From Proteromonas lacertae (Eukaryota): DNA of 64,000 nt. The notes beneath the pieces were generated by a model. That model was not told where the DNA came from. It worked only from the letters and a program-made list of their open reading frames with translations, and made no database searches. Numbering within the stretch: position 1 is the stretch's first letter; each line of letters begins with the position of its first letter. Where the stretch lies: NCBI GenBank assembly GCA_002245135.1, contig NGBS01000017.1, forward strand, positions 1-64,000, read 5' to 3'. Made by a program: the position numbers and the translations under genes. Positions 52,703-64,000 of this stretch are shown piece by piece.

Positions 52703-53160
52703 ATGCCTTGTATTGATATTATTTCTATATTTGATAGTAACATAAAAACAGGTCAGCTGTTAAGTATAACTTGTAGTAAATATTAAATACTGGTCAATTA
52801 GGAATTGCCATAACCAACTTTTGTGAATATATCAAAAACCCTTTGTAGTTGCATTTCAAATCATTAAATCAAGATGCAATTATTAAGTCGTTTGAAAATT
52901 GTACTGATTTTGTTATTGTTGATAATTTTAATGAAATATTCATAAAAATATTATATGGTGAGATATTTAATAATTCTAAAAATACTAGCGATAAAATAAT
53001 AAAGTCAATAAAAGATATTTGCTATTATTCCAACTGATTTTAGATATATCTGAAACACTTGAAAAGATAAGTAAAGATATTATTAATAGATATTTGATAA
53101 AGAAAATATTATTCTTCCATTTTATCAACCTTATTATTTGATTAGCTTATTTCTTAAATG
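52703..53160 (+). CDS. Small uncharacterised gene or fragment that shares the first micro-exon context of the TPR genes
   Basis: TTTTCAATTATGCCTTGTAT recurs here, followed by short exons and ORF 52849-53037. End uncertain. Confidence 0.3.
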
Positions 53161-53216
53161 AAGATTTAGTTTCAATCACAATATAAAATAATAATAATAT
53201 TTACATTTAACAATAA

Positions 53217-53927
53217 TTATCCTGCTGATTCACGTCTTTTCTTATTTTTCTTCTTATTCCTTAAATTTTGAATTAATGGCAACAATTGAGGTAAAAATGG
53301 TTTCATAAAGTGTGTCTGTGACCAATCATTCTGATTCACTGGAAACCATTTAAAATCTTGTATTTCCTTCCTTGTATTAGGTTGAAAATTATACTTTTCT
53401 GAAACTCCTGTTACTACAAACAAATAAATAGTATGACCGTTTGTATTGGCTTTTAACATATTATCTGGATTTATTAAACTACTTACATCATAGTCTGTTT
53501 CTTCTTTAACTTCTCTAATTGCTGCTTCTAGTGGTGTTTCTCCTTCATTTATTTTACCTGCTGTGATTATGTATGATGTACTATTGAATGTCTTTACTAA
53601 CAACACTTTATCCAAAGATGGATTTAATAATATACAACCACTTCTTGGAATGCTTGAACGATATTGATTTAGTTGTTCTATAATTTCATCTTTTCTACCT
53701 GCTAAATATTGAAGTGATGTAATGTTGTCTATAGCTGCTGAGACAAATACTGCGAATTTTGGAAATCTTTTTATTCCTGGATGTCTATCTGCAATGTAAT
53801 CATCATAAAACATCCATGACACATTCATTCGGTGGTATAGTAGAGATATATCCAATGCTTCATCAGGTTCAAAATCACAAAAGTGTCTTACTTCAAGTTC
53901 TAACCAAACATCATTGTTAATTGCCAT
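53217..53927 (-). CDS. DCP2: mRNA decapping enzyme Dcp2-like (Box A + Nudix)
   Basis: W.Y.D Box A, Y..SIP..GCILLN..LDKVLLVK, GKINEGE...AAIREVKEET and PNTRKEI....WF. Confidence 0.85.
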   Translation of the reverse strand: MAINNDVWLELEVRHFCDFEPDEALDISLLYHRMNVSWMFYDDYIADRHPGIKRFPKFAVFVSAAIDNITSLQYLAGRKDEIIEQLNQYRSSIPRSGCILLNPSLDKVLLVKTFNSTSYIITAGKINEGETPLEAAIREVKEETDYDVSSLINPDNMLKANTNGHTIYLFVVTGVSEKYNFQPNTRKEIQDFKWFPVNQNDWSQTHFMKPFLPQLLPLIQNLRNKKKNKKRRESAG

Positions 53928-54042
53928 TGTAGAATTTATAAATAACTAAATTGAATGTAAAACGGAAATTAGAAAAAAAGAGTCAGTTTATGTAATAATT
54001 ACAATAAATTACACAAAAATACAAACTCGAATAAATATCTAT

Positions 54043-55298
54043 TTAATTCCTTTTTCTTTTAAATAATGCAAAATTATATTTATTAACACACTTTTTAATG
54101 ATAATATTGGATAACAAAACATCAGTCTAATAATTTATATATAAGTAATAATAATAAGAATATACAGTAGGTCTATCCTTATAATCTAATATCAACATAG
54201 ATTTACACATATTAATTATATCATTTGAATAATAGCTACTATGTATATTTAGCAATTCATCAATATAATTTGGTTGTGACAATGCATTTACTGAAACAAT
54301 TCCTTTATTTATATTATAAATATCTAAAGATATCATTTGATATAAAACTACGCCTAATGACCAAATCTATTGAATATAAAATATAATAAAAATAAGAAAA
54401 ATTAAAAATTAAAAAAAGAATGTTAATTATTATTATCATTATACATCTGATTTCTTTCCATCAAAATTTCCACCTTTCAACATTTCAGGAGATTTATAAT
54501 AATCAGTACCAACAGAACTAACCAATGAAATATCATGTCTAATTTCTCTACACAAACCAAAATCACCTAAACATAATTGATTGTGTTTAGTTAAAAATAT
54601 ATTCTGTGGTTTTATATCTCTATGTAAAACATTTCTTTTATGACAATAATTTAATGCGATTAATATTTGTGTAAAATAATCAAGAATTACATCTTCTTCA
54701 AAATATGATGTTGATTTATCCATTATATTATATAAATCCTATTTAAAGAATAGAAAAACAAATTCAATATTTAATTATATACATCAACACATTTTTCTGT
54801 AATTATACACTCATATAATGTTGAAGTTAAACCTCCTCGACTATATTCTATATGCAAAAAATCATCATAATACTATATATATTAAAATAAAAATAAAATA
54901 AAAATACTTTAATAATAAATGGATGTTGTAATTTCCTTAATTCTTTTGCTTCTGTTTGAGCATCATTTGCTTCATCAATATCATTCACTAATACTTTCTT
55001 TAATACAAATTCATCGCCATCTTTAAGTACTAAAAATACATCAGCAAAACCTCCTACTCCTATTTCTTCCTGTATTGCGTAAATTCCTTGATCTAAAGCA
55101 CAATCACATCTCTTTCGAAGTAATACTATCCACAAATGATATGCACCAAGAAAGCTTAAAATTAATATAAGCAACAATGAAATTATAATGGCTGTTGTTA
55201 ATTGTAATTTGATAGTTGTATAGAGAATTAATAAAACAGAGCAATTTTGTTAAATACTAAGAAATAGAAAAAAGGATATAATGTGTGAGATTCACCAT
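54043..55298 (-). CDS. NEK-like protein kinase with N-terminal hydrophobic segments
   Basis: GVGGFADV, VLKK, QILIALNYCH, HRDIKPQNIFL, GDFG, VGTDYYKSPE and spliced SD|IWSLG; multiple introns. Confidence 0.85.
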
Positions 55299-55515
55299 CT
55301 AGTCTAATACTAGTGGTTAAGGTCGAATCAGTCTCCTATAACAATATAAAATAAATTTTTAAGCAGATACCTTTGAATATATACAGATAAATAATAAATA
55401 ATAAATAAAAAATGATCTTGTATTGAGAAAAATAAACATTTTTAAGAATAGTTTGAATATGCGTTTGTATTTGTATTTTGAAAAAACATGATTAAAATAA
55501 TAATTTATTGATTTT

Positions 55516-57294
55516 TTATTTTAAATTTTTAAACAATTCATCTCCTATTGCAGTTTTTGTTAGTTTACCAGGTGATCTAGGTCTAGATTTAGTATAATCA
55601 TTCAATTTTGGTGAAACATCCAAAGGAATAAGCGCTTTCTTCTTGCCATACATATCAGTGTATTTGATAGTCTTAGTAGCAACACCTATTTCAGGTAATA
55701 CCCTATCAGCTAATGTTTTATGTGTCTTATCTATATTCGCTCTTTCTCTAGGTGGTTTATTGGTGATACTACCTAAGGCTTCAAATCTATGATATTTATC
55801 AGGACTTTCTGGCTTTTTATTTGGCTTATAAACTTCTGCATTTTGAGGATTAGTCCCCCAAGTGGGATCCATGACTAATTGTAGGTTGATATCTTCCTTC
55901 TTAGTCTCTTCATTAGTGGTATCAACATAATCAATCACCTCTCCAGGTATATCAATTAGACTATCAAACATGCTTGGCGGAATAGGTGTAGAATTACCAT
56001 TCTCATTATTATTGTTCATTAAACTACTATCTGAATTATTATTATTATTATTACCATCATTTGTCTGTGTGAGGGTTAAACTAGTGGATGGATCTATTTC
56101 TTCAGGGTTTAACGCTGATGGTTTACCTTCTGGTCTTCGTCTATGTTGAGGATCTTCCACATATTGTGGTCCTTGTTTCATTCCAGTTTGATCTCTAATT
56201 AATACTCCAGTTTGTAATTCCATTGTCTTAATCAAAGATGGTTGTATAGAATCACGTGGTATAAAGTGCTCATCGTTTTGGTTATTATTATTATTATTAT
56301 TAATTGTTCTTGTTCTAGACTTTGTACCTGTTGTTGTTGATGATGATGTAACACCACTTGTAGTAGCTGTATTTCTATTTCTTCTTTTCTTTTTATTGTT
56401 ATTATTATTCTCTTCATCATTCTCATTCTCATTCTTTATATCTAACTCTAATTCTATTGGTCCTGCTAGATGATTGGGTGGAATTTTCTGGTATAATTAT
56501 TACTTCGCCATTTTTATCAATTGTATAATCTTGTCCACCTTTTATCTTCGCCAATTGCTTCGCTAATTTGTCCTGTTCTTCCTTCTGCTGTTGTAATAAT
56601 AATCTTCTTTGTTCTTTATATTCTTGCTCTCTTTGTTGGAATTGTTTTTGTCGCATTTCTTTTTCTTTTAATTCTAATTCTTGTGCTGGTGTGCATACTG
56701 ACTTATCTCGTATTTTACTTTGTCTACTGGATGTAAATCTCTTACTACTGCTTGGAGTTAATTGAACTAACGGTGAAGATAATGTTTGACTCTTATTTGC
56801 ACTGGCAGTTGTACGCCTTGATCCACGACTCTTTAAACTTCTTAAACTGCCTGAAGTACCTGGACGCTTCTTAGAATCTCTAATACTTACATGATCAGCT
56901 TTCTTTGGTCGTACTTTGATGGGTAGTCGTAATTTTGCCCAATTATCTATTAATGCTGGGATTGGTTCTTCTTCACAATCCCAATAATGTTCACAAGGTA
57001 AATTAGACATATCTTCACCTGGATCATATTTTATATATTCGAATTTTAATATGTCATTCATTTCATTATATACTCTATCTGCTGTATAATCTAGAAGTTT
57101 ATCATCAAGATAGTGATTAAATAATTCCTATTAAATAATTAATAATTATAAAATATATAATATACTGTTGAAGATTTATTGATTATATAGTCTAAAGCAT
57201 ATAATGCACATGCTTGTGCTTCAAATGCTTGTGATAAATATAGATGCTCTACTTCTGGTACATTCCCTTTTTGATTTTTGTTAGCATGACTCAT
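55516..57294 (-). CDS. Uncharacterised protein, tentatively C2orf81-like, with coiled-coil and low-complexity regions
   Basis: DPGE...W..EEEP.P..IDNWA...P motif. ORFs 56429-57061 and 55516-56235 join through one frameshift at about 56435 in a GAGAAT microrepeat. Confidence 0.55.
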
Positions 57295-57396
57295 AAGCAA
57301 GTATTTTTATATATAAATTATATTATGCTGCTTAAAATTAATTTTTAAATAAAAAACGCCTTTTCGAATGTGTGAAAAATTATTTTCGTTAACCGG

Positions 57397-59064
57397 ATGT
57401 TTCAAATATATTTTTTGTTTTTCGTTTTTTTAGTGGGTGTGAGTAGTCTCCAGATTGATGATAAGCTAGTTTCTAGTGATTCATGGCAAGTATTAACCAG
57501 GTTCTGTTTTGACAGCAGCTCAAAGGGTGATAGAGGTATTCAGTATAGTTAGTTTTTTTAATTCTATACATAGATATACTGTTGAAGTACCAACAGAGAG
57601 TCATCATACTTTATATTTATTCCCCACAAATATTAATTGGAAAGATATAACTGAATCACCTTCGACTTGTGCTGAAAACCATGCCAAAGCTGATGTATAC
57701 TCTATATTATTATAATGAAAACATAGTTCAAGTTTAATCTCACAAAGGGAAGTGGATTCTTTCCAGTAGAATTGAGTAACAGAAAATGTTTCTTTGTATC
57801 AATAGCTAACTGTGATCCAGAGTATATATTAATTATTATTATTATTATTATATATAATAGTTGTACCGGAGGTTTGTGTCAAGGTAATTTAGATATAGAT
57901 TATTCATTCTCAATTCAAAATGGTAAAACAGGTGGTGGTAGAGATGGACATCTATCATGTGATGAAGAAGGAATGTTAGCTGTTTCTGCTATCTTCTTCT
58001 GCTTACAGTTCTTATTGGTAATTGCAGTTTTCTTAATTCAAATTGCTTTAACCAAAATTGACAAATACCATGTAACAGTTAAAATGTTAAAATGGTCAGT
58101 AATAATTACATTCATTTCTTTCATATTTATACTGATTTATTACGTATATTATAATAATGATGGTCATAAGTGGAAATTGCTTCATACCTTTTCTGCTATG
58201 TTCCAACAACTCTCTGAGACTATTTTAGTGTTGTTATTAATCCTATTAGCCAAAGGTTGGACAATTGCAGTTAGAAAGATATCTAGACAAGGTAGAATGA
58301 AAATTGCAATATATTTCACTATTTATTTATGGGTATCATTAGCTGCTGTATTATGGAAAGATTATGGGCTTGACGAGCTTGATAGTAAATTCATCAGTAA
58401 GAACCCACCAGGTATTGTGTTAATAGTAGTGAAATGTGGTGTATTATTATGGTTCTGTTATGCTATGTTCACTACATTTAAGAATGTCCACAGAAAAGTG
58501 CATTTCTATCAAAAGTTCTCTATAGCCTCTGTTATTTGGATTATTGCATGTATTTTATTCACTGGTTTAGTAGATGTGTTTGAAGAGACGAAAAGAATTA
58601 CCATATATAATTGTTTGATGTATGTCATTACCTATTTGTTACAATTGGTGTTTTGTTTATTATATTATCCAAATTTGAAGTTCAATTCATCATTTCCATT
58701 CCATATGAAGACTTCCGATTGGTCAGATAAAAAAGATCAAGAAAAGCGATTGATTAATCCAAATCCATCAGATCCTGAGCAAATGTCTGATTGGTTCTCA
58801 GCTCAAACTACTTATATTCGTGATTTATCCCTTCAATTAACAAAAATCTTTGATTCTACATTTAAAGAGATTTACCCTGCAACAGTGCAATATTTACAAG
58901 GTGGAAGGAAGAAATTTAATGCTGAAGAAGATGATGAGGAGATTAACGAAACAAATCACAGACAACCACAATCAGATGGCCATAGAAGTTATGAAGATAG
59001 AGATAGTAGAAATGAAGAATTAGATGATTCAGATGGAAGATTAGCAAGATTGAATAGTTCATAA
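57397..59064 (+). CDS. GPR180/TMEM145-family seven-transmembrane protein
   Basis: Signal peptide, W..LTRFCF, HLSCDE.G, KYHVTVKML, LLILLAKGWT and about seven hydrophobic helices. Confidence 0.85.
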
Positions 59065-59090
59065 AATTAATTATATAGTTTTTATTTTTC

Positions 59091-59093
<3 letters not shown>

Positions 59094-59125
<32 letters not shown>
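59094..59125. repeat. (AT)n microsatellite between convergent genes
   Basis: Directly visible. Confidence 0.9.
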
Positions 59126-59128
<3 letters not shown>

Positions 59129-59157
59129 CAATTATTGTTATTTTATTGATAATTTAA

Positions 59158-59689
59158 TTATAATTCTTCATCTCCATCGTCACAAGGTAAACCAGCAGTT
59201 TTTTCAATGAATTTGGTTATATGTACTGCTTGAAACTTTCCTTCGTATCTATAACTTTCTTCACCTTTACATCGCGGGTAGAACTATAACATAAACATAA
59301 ACATAATACTCTTAAATAAGGATATTTGGTGATATGATACTTTTCAATGTAATCTTTTGCTTCAGACACATCCATTGAAGCAAATACAAACAGATCAGTT
59401 GTATAAACCAATGAAGCATCCATCCAGTAGTTTACGAAGTTGTTACAAGCAGGAATGTCTTCAGAACATAGCGCTAGAAATACATCTACTTTATGCAATG
59501 AAATAAGATCTTCTAATTCATGAGGATGTAACCATAACACTTTATGCTAGATTGATAAGATTATAAGAAATATACCTTCGGTGGAGGAATATTCTCTTCT
59601 GTCTCCTCTTTCTTAGCATATTTATCTTCTTCACCATTAATTAGAATTATAAAGATGAAAAAGAAAAAGAAATAATGAATTAACCTCAT
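59158..59689 (-). CDS. Small ER thioredoxin-fold protein without canonical CxxC
   Basis: Signal peptide; spliced KYHITKYPYLR|FYP...YRYEG...; ends in DEEL-stop, a KDEL-like signal. Confidence 0.65.
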
Positions 59690-59876
59690 AAGTGTGTGTG
59701 ATAAACCAGACAATTCTCTATTAATTGTATTAATACAATTCATTATGGTTTAACAATTATTTCATTCCCTTATTTACACAAAATATATAGATATAAGAAA
59801 TAATGTGATAGATTTATATGATTAATAGAATTATATGCCACGTAAATATAAATTTGATATTATAAATATAAAACAA

Positions 59877-61514
59877 TCAATCCTCTTCCTCTTCATCCAC
59901 ATCAATCAAATTTTCATTCAAAGATGTAGGTAATGTTACATTGGGTGGAATAACGGTCTTACTATTATTAATAGGGATAGTAACAGGTGAAGCACCAGGA
60001 CAAGGCTCCCAACTAAGCGGAGTATAATCAACAACGCCATTTTTATTGTATGATTTTCTTGTTTTACTTTTTCCACTACTTTTATTACTCAAAGTTTCAT
60101 AATACTCCGTTCCTTTCAAAGCACTTGTTGGGATATATACTGGAATACCATCATCTGTGAATAACAATATCATTTCATCACTACCACTCTCATAATCATC
60201 ATCAAATACAACTCTAGTATCATATGAAACATTATTGTAATTTATTGTATTAGTTTTCATTTTTACTACAAATTCTTCAACAGACACTTCTCTCCAAATT
60301 CTATAAATATATCCAATGATAACACAAGAACAGAAGAATAAAATAATCAACAAAATAATGTGAAACTGTAAATATGGTTTTAGATGTTCAGGCATAAGAA
60401 AAAGACTATCTCTATCAAATGATTTACTATCTTTAACTATTTTTATATATTGATAAACAAAGCCACTTAATTGAATAAACAACCATCCTATATTTAGATG
60501 CTGACAAAATAAATTAATTAAATAAGTCTGTTTATTTGGAAAATAATAGAACAAACAGACATTTATTAAAAACAACATTGAAGCAATACAGCAGAAAATA
60601 ACATAACTTGTAAGATATCTAAATGGTGATTGGTTGTAAATAACATAAGTAAAAAAAGTTTCAGTTGCATTATCTGAATCATATTTTTTATTCCAAATTC
60701 TTAACCAAACTAATGAGATAATACGATAAACAACTGTTAGAAGTATAGTAAAAATAGTAAACATTAATGCTCTAATCTTACAGCATTTTAAATTCACTTT
60801 TGTATAATTAGCAATATCAATTACAAATAATTTGATTAACTGAATAAATGCAATATAATTATTAAATAATATAAAACATATAAACGATACATTGAATATG
60901 AAAAATGGTTTATAATATTTCGCTGAATGAAACCATTCCTTAAATTTCAATTTTTCTGTCATATCAAAATAACTAGCTAAATTTGAAACTAATAAGTCTG
61001 AATAAAATAATATATCTATTGTCTCATACATTACTAATATAAATATAACATATTTCCAGTGTTTTCTACACACTAACAAAGCAAATAAAGTGAAAAATAT
61101 ATGAATGGTTATAATAATCAATGCTGTAACTTCAGTATATTTAAATGGACCATAAGATAATAAAAAGTAAGTCAATTGATAATATGGTTTACCACTTTCC
61201 CATAGAAAATGTTTCATATCACCTTCCCATGCATATAACCATATTAATATTCCATAATGATATACAAACTTAAAAAATAATTGAAAATCGACAGTTTTTG
61301 TAAATAGTGATTTTTTCAAATCCACATATGCTTTTGAGACTGTAATTGTTTCATAGATACCTGCTACTTGACGTAGATTATTTATATATTGAGCAATTAC
61401 TATGTGAAATAATAATGAAAATAATGTAAATAAAATATGATAGGATGTATATTCTCTATATGTATTTACTGCGTGGAATCTATCTGAATAAGATTCACCT
61501 TGTCTGAATTGCAT
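59877..61514 (-). CDS. Polytopic membrane protein of unknown function
   Basis: 545-aa ORF with about 9-10 hydrophobic segments and an acidic tail. Confidence 0.7.
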   Translation of the reverse strand: MQFRQGESYSDRFHAVNTYREYTSYHILFTLFSLLFHIVIAQYINNLRQVAGIYETITVSKAYVDLKKSLFTKTVDFQLFFKFVYHYGILIWLYAWEGDMKHFLWESGKPYYQLTYFLLSYGPFKYTEVTALIIITIHIFFTLFALLVCRKHWKYVIFILVMYETIDILFYSDLLVSNLASYFDMTEKLKFKEWFHSAKYYKPFFIFNVSFICFILFNNYIAFIQLIKLFVIDIANYTKVNLKCCKIRALMFTIFTILLTVVYRIISLVWLRIWNKKYDSDNATETFFTYVIYNQSPFRYLTSYVIFCCIASMLFLINVCLFYYFPNKQTYLINLFCQHLNIGWLFIQLSGFVYQYIKIVKDSKSFDRDSLFLMPEHLKPYLQFHIILLIILFFCSCVIIGYIYRIWREVSVEEFVVKMKTNTINYNNVSYDTRVVFDDDYESGSDEMILLFTDDGIPVYIPTSALKGTEYYETLSNKSSGKSKTRKSYNKNGVVDYTPLSWEPCPGASPVTIPINNSKTVIPPNVTLPTSLNENLIDVDEEEED

Positions 61515-61671
61515 TATATGACTTGTTAATTGATCTAATTAAAAAATAATTAAAGATAACTAATTGTTATTTAAATTATAATTCTAAAAAAAAGATATTG
61601 TAAAAAATAAACATCCAAAATTGTAATATTCATACTATTCAGTTTATAATAATAATTTTATATAAATATTT

Positions 61672-62060
61672 TTATACTATAGTGAAGGGAGTCTTGTGTT
61701 TAGTATAACATGCTAAAATTATACCAAACACTGAACAAAGAATTTCGGGAATTTCGTACAAAATCGCACTGACAATTCCATAATGATATTTAACTGCTCC
61801 AAACAAGAACCACATTTCGTAATATGCAGTCTCGTCTTTTGGATGATTATTTTGATAATTGATCAAAAGTATTGTCGTAAAAATCCTATATCCTAATGAT
61901 ATTATCTAAGTTATTAATAAAATATGTGTGTATACTAACAGGGAAACACACATGTACAAAATCAAGTTACTTGAACATTTGGAGTGTTTGTTGGGAGTAA
62001 CTATACATTTTTCATTTGGATCCTAGATAGTTACAACAAAATCCATACAACTTTTACCAT
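61672..62060 (-). CDS. Short spliced hydrophobic coding exons, either the 5' part of the 59877 gene or a separate gene
   Basis: ATG|intron|DPNEKCIV...CVSLL|IISLGYRIFTTILLINY...; I could not resolve the junction to 61514. Confidence 0.45.
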
Positions 62061-62266
62061 ATTTTTATGAAAGAATAATTTTTGAAACACAAGCTTTGAT
62101 TTGAATAACCTTGAAACGAATATAAAAACAAAAAATAGAAAAATATCCAATAAAATGCAACCTATTGATTTGTGTTGTGGTTTTAAACTTTTTAAACAAA
62201 AATACACTTATTGAGATTTATACCCCTATAATATTAAATAATTAAAAACATTATTTTGTAATTATT

Positions 62267-64000
62267 CTAAGAATCATCATCACTACCTTCACTACCAGTA
62301 TCATCTTCAGGAATACCAACATTAGCTTGTCTCAATATACTCTGGATATCATTATGAATCAAATTAATATGATCGACTGTTTGTTTCAATTCACCTTTCA
62401 ATATCTCTTCTCTCTCTTCTAATTCATCAGGACCACTATCAATATCATCATCATCACCTTCATTCTGTTCCCAAGCTTCCGCTTCATCATCTTCATCATT
62501 TGCTGTTTTAACTTCACTGTTTATTTCATTTTCATCAATATAATCATCTTCAAAATCATCATCATCACTTCCAGTTGCTGGTATAACAGGTGTACGGTTA
62601 TTGCGAGGTGGTGTCCTTGGTGGAGGTGATGGTGAACTTGATTTTGGACGAAGTGGTGGAGATGGAGAAGGAGATTTTGAACTTCTTCGTCTATTGTTAT
62701 TCTCATCATAATTACTATGAGGTAAATTAATAACACCTTTTACTTGTGGATTTTCCATTCCCATTTGTGCCATTATATTATCAGATCTGTATTGTTGTTG
62801 TTTCTTCAATGCTGCTTCTTGGTTTATTCTAATATTTTCTAATCTAATCTTTTCCATTTCTGCTAATTTCTCTTGTTCTGGATCTAGACTCTTTGCACTT
62901 TCACATCTTGCTGCTGCTCGTTGTTGTGCTGCTTGGTAATCTCTACTGTTCATTGGAGATGTTAATAATGCATTATTAGTTTCTTTGACTCTAAACACAT
63001 CACGAGTAACAGGAGGTAAATGGTTTGATCTTCGAGCTTGTGCATCAATAACGGGAGGTAAATCAACTGATGGTGGAGGTAAACCTGAACCCATATCTCG
63101 ATAATTACGGTATTTTTGATTCTTCATTTGTTCTTCCACCTCTTTTACTTTTAAATGATTCTGATATTGATCTCTTTCTTCTTCATAACTTGGAGCTCTT
63201 GGTGGATATGATAATCGTTTAGGTGGAATATTTGCAGCTGCAGCTGATGGTTGTTGTTGTTGTTGTTGTTGTTGTAATTGTGGTGGAGGTAAATCTCTCT
63301 TTTCTTCAGCTGCCATTTTATATTTCCTTTGGTTCTCTTCATCTCTCAATCTTTCTTCTTTCTCTCGTTGTACTCTTTTATCAGCATCTGCTCTTGCTTT
63401 TTCCTGTCTTGCTCTATATTCTTCATTTCTTCTTTCTCTTTCTTTTTCTAATTGTTCACGCTTTCTTTGAGCTTCTTTTTGTCTGTCATTATTCTTTTTT
63501 GCAATCTCTGCGATCTGATTCTGATGGTATTGGTTTCTTCTATCTTCAGCGACTTTCATTCTGTGAGGATTATTTCTATATCTATCACCACCTTCTCTTT
63601 GACGTTGTAATAAAGCAGCTTGTCTTTTGGCTCGTTCTTCTTTCTCTTTTCTCAATCTTTCTAACGCAGCTTGTATAATCATCTTCTTTTCTTCTTCTCT
63701 TGCTAATGCACGATTTTGATCTTGAGCCCATTTCTTTACTTCTTGCTGTTGAACTGGTGGTGGTGGTTTAACTATACCATTATTATCAGCTTGAGCTATT
63801 CTTTTTGATACTAAATCGTATAATCCTAACTTCTCAATTTGATTGGTTAATGTACCAACTTGTGCTATATCTACTCCTAATTTGTGAGTCATTGCAACAT
63901 TTTCACCATGAGCTTGAGCTACACCTACAATGGCTTGCTTAATGATCTTAGTACCATCTCCCATCTGATCACTACTTCTAGTAAATATATCCGCTATGAA
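62267..64000 (-). CDS. 3' part of a large gene: charged coiled-coil, Q/P-rich and acidic regions (5' end outside the window)
   Basis: Frame is open from the window edge to the stop at 62267; no diagnostic domain inside the window. Confidence 0.75.
   Translation of the reverse strand, partial: FIADIFTRSSDQMGDGTKIIKQAIVGVAQAHGENVAMTHKLGVDIAQVGTLTNQIEKLGLYDLVSKRIAQADNNGIVKPPPPVQQQEVKKWAQDQNRALAREEEKKMIIQAALERLRKEKEERAKRQAALLQRQREGGDRYRNNPHRMKVAEDRRNQYHQNQIAEIAKKNNDRQKEAQRKREQLEKERERRNEEYRARQEKARADADKRVQREKEERLRDEENQRKYKMAAEEKRDLPPPQLQQQQQQQQPSAAAANIPPKRLSYPPRAPSYEEERDQYQNHLKVKEVEEQMKNQKYRNYRDMGSGLPPPSVDLPPVIDAQARRSNHLPPVTRDVFRVKETNNALLTSPMNSRDYQAAQQRAAARCESAKSLDPEQEKLAEMEKIRLENIRINQEAALKKQQQYRSDNIMAQMGMENPQVKGVINLPHSNYDENNNRRRSSKSPSPSPPLRPKSSSPSPPPRTPPRNNRTPVIPATGSDDDDFEDDYIDENEINSEVKTANDEDDEAEAWEQNEGDDDDIDSGPDELEEREEILKGELKQTVDHINLIHNDIQSILRQANVGIPEDDTGSEGSDDDS

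Noticed and set aside
1..64000. Alternative genetic code (stop-codon reassignment)
   Set aside because: Long conserved ORFs have no internal stops and end in TAA, TAG or TGA. ORF fragmentation is explained by short introns.

Overview
AT-rich, gene-dense eukaryotic nuclear DNA with many very short (about 25-45 nt) GT-AG introns. It encodes flagellar genes (outer-arm dynein intermediate chain) and a presequence-bearing ClpB/Hsp78. This fits a flagellated protist, possibly a Blastocystis-like stramenopile such as Proteromonas; that assignment is an inference only. The ORF track fragments most genes, so I rebuilt gene spans by hand and boundaries are approximate. Several single-base homopolymer indels, one of them in the dynein gene, look like long-read errors. 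The main anomaly is an A-B-A-B-A array at 18041-33532. A (1598 bp) carries a complete SPRTN/Spartan protease gene plus the 5' piece of the neighbouring NUDT22-like gene. B (5.3-5.4 kb) carries one gene of about 1600 aa of the Crinkler/RHS NTPase + restriction-endonuclease type. That gene has two NTPase modules, a long coiled-coil insert, a hypervariable (P/S)QQQPQL minisatellite linker and an N-terminal NLS/PIP-degron-like motif. A second anomaly is a pair of inverted GTPBP1/2 paralogs that share a near-identical 1.58-kb core but have divergent ends, flanking a potentially invertible 3.7-kb segment. The rest is housekeeping genes and local paralog pairs or triplets.
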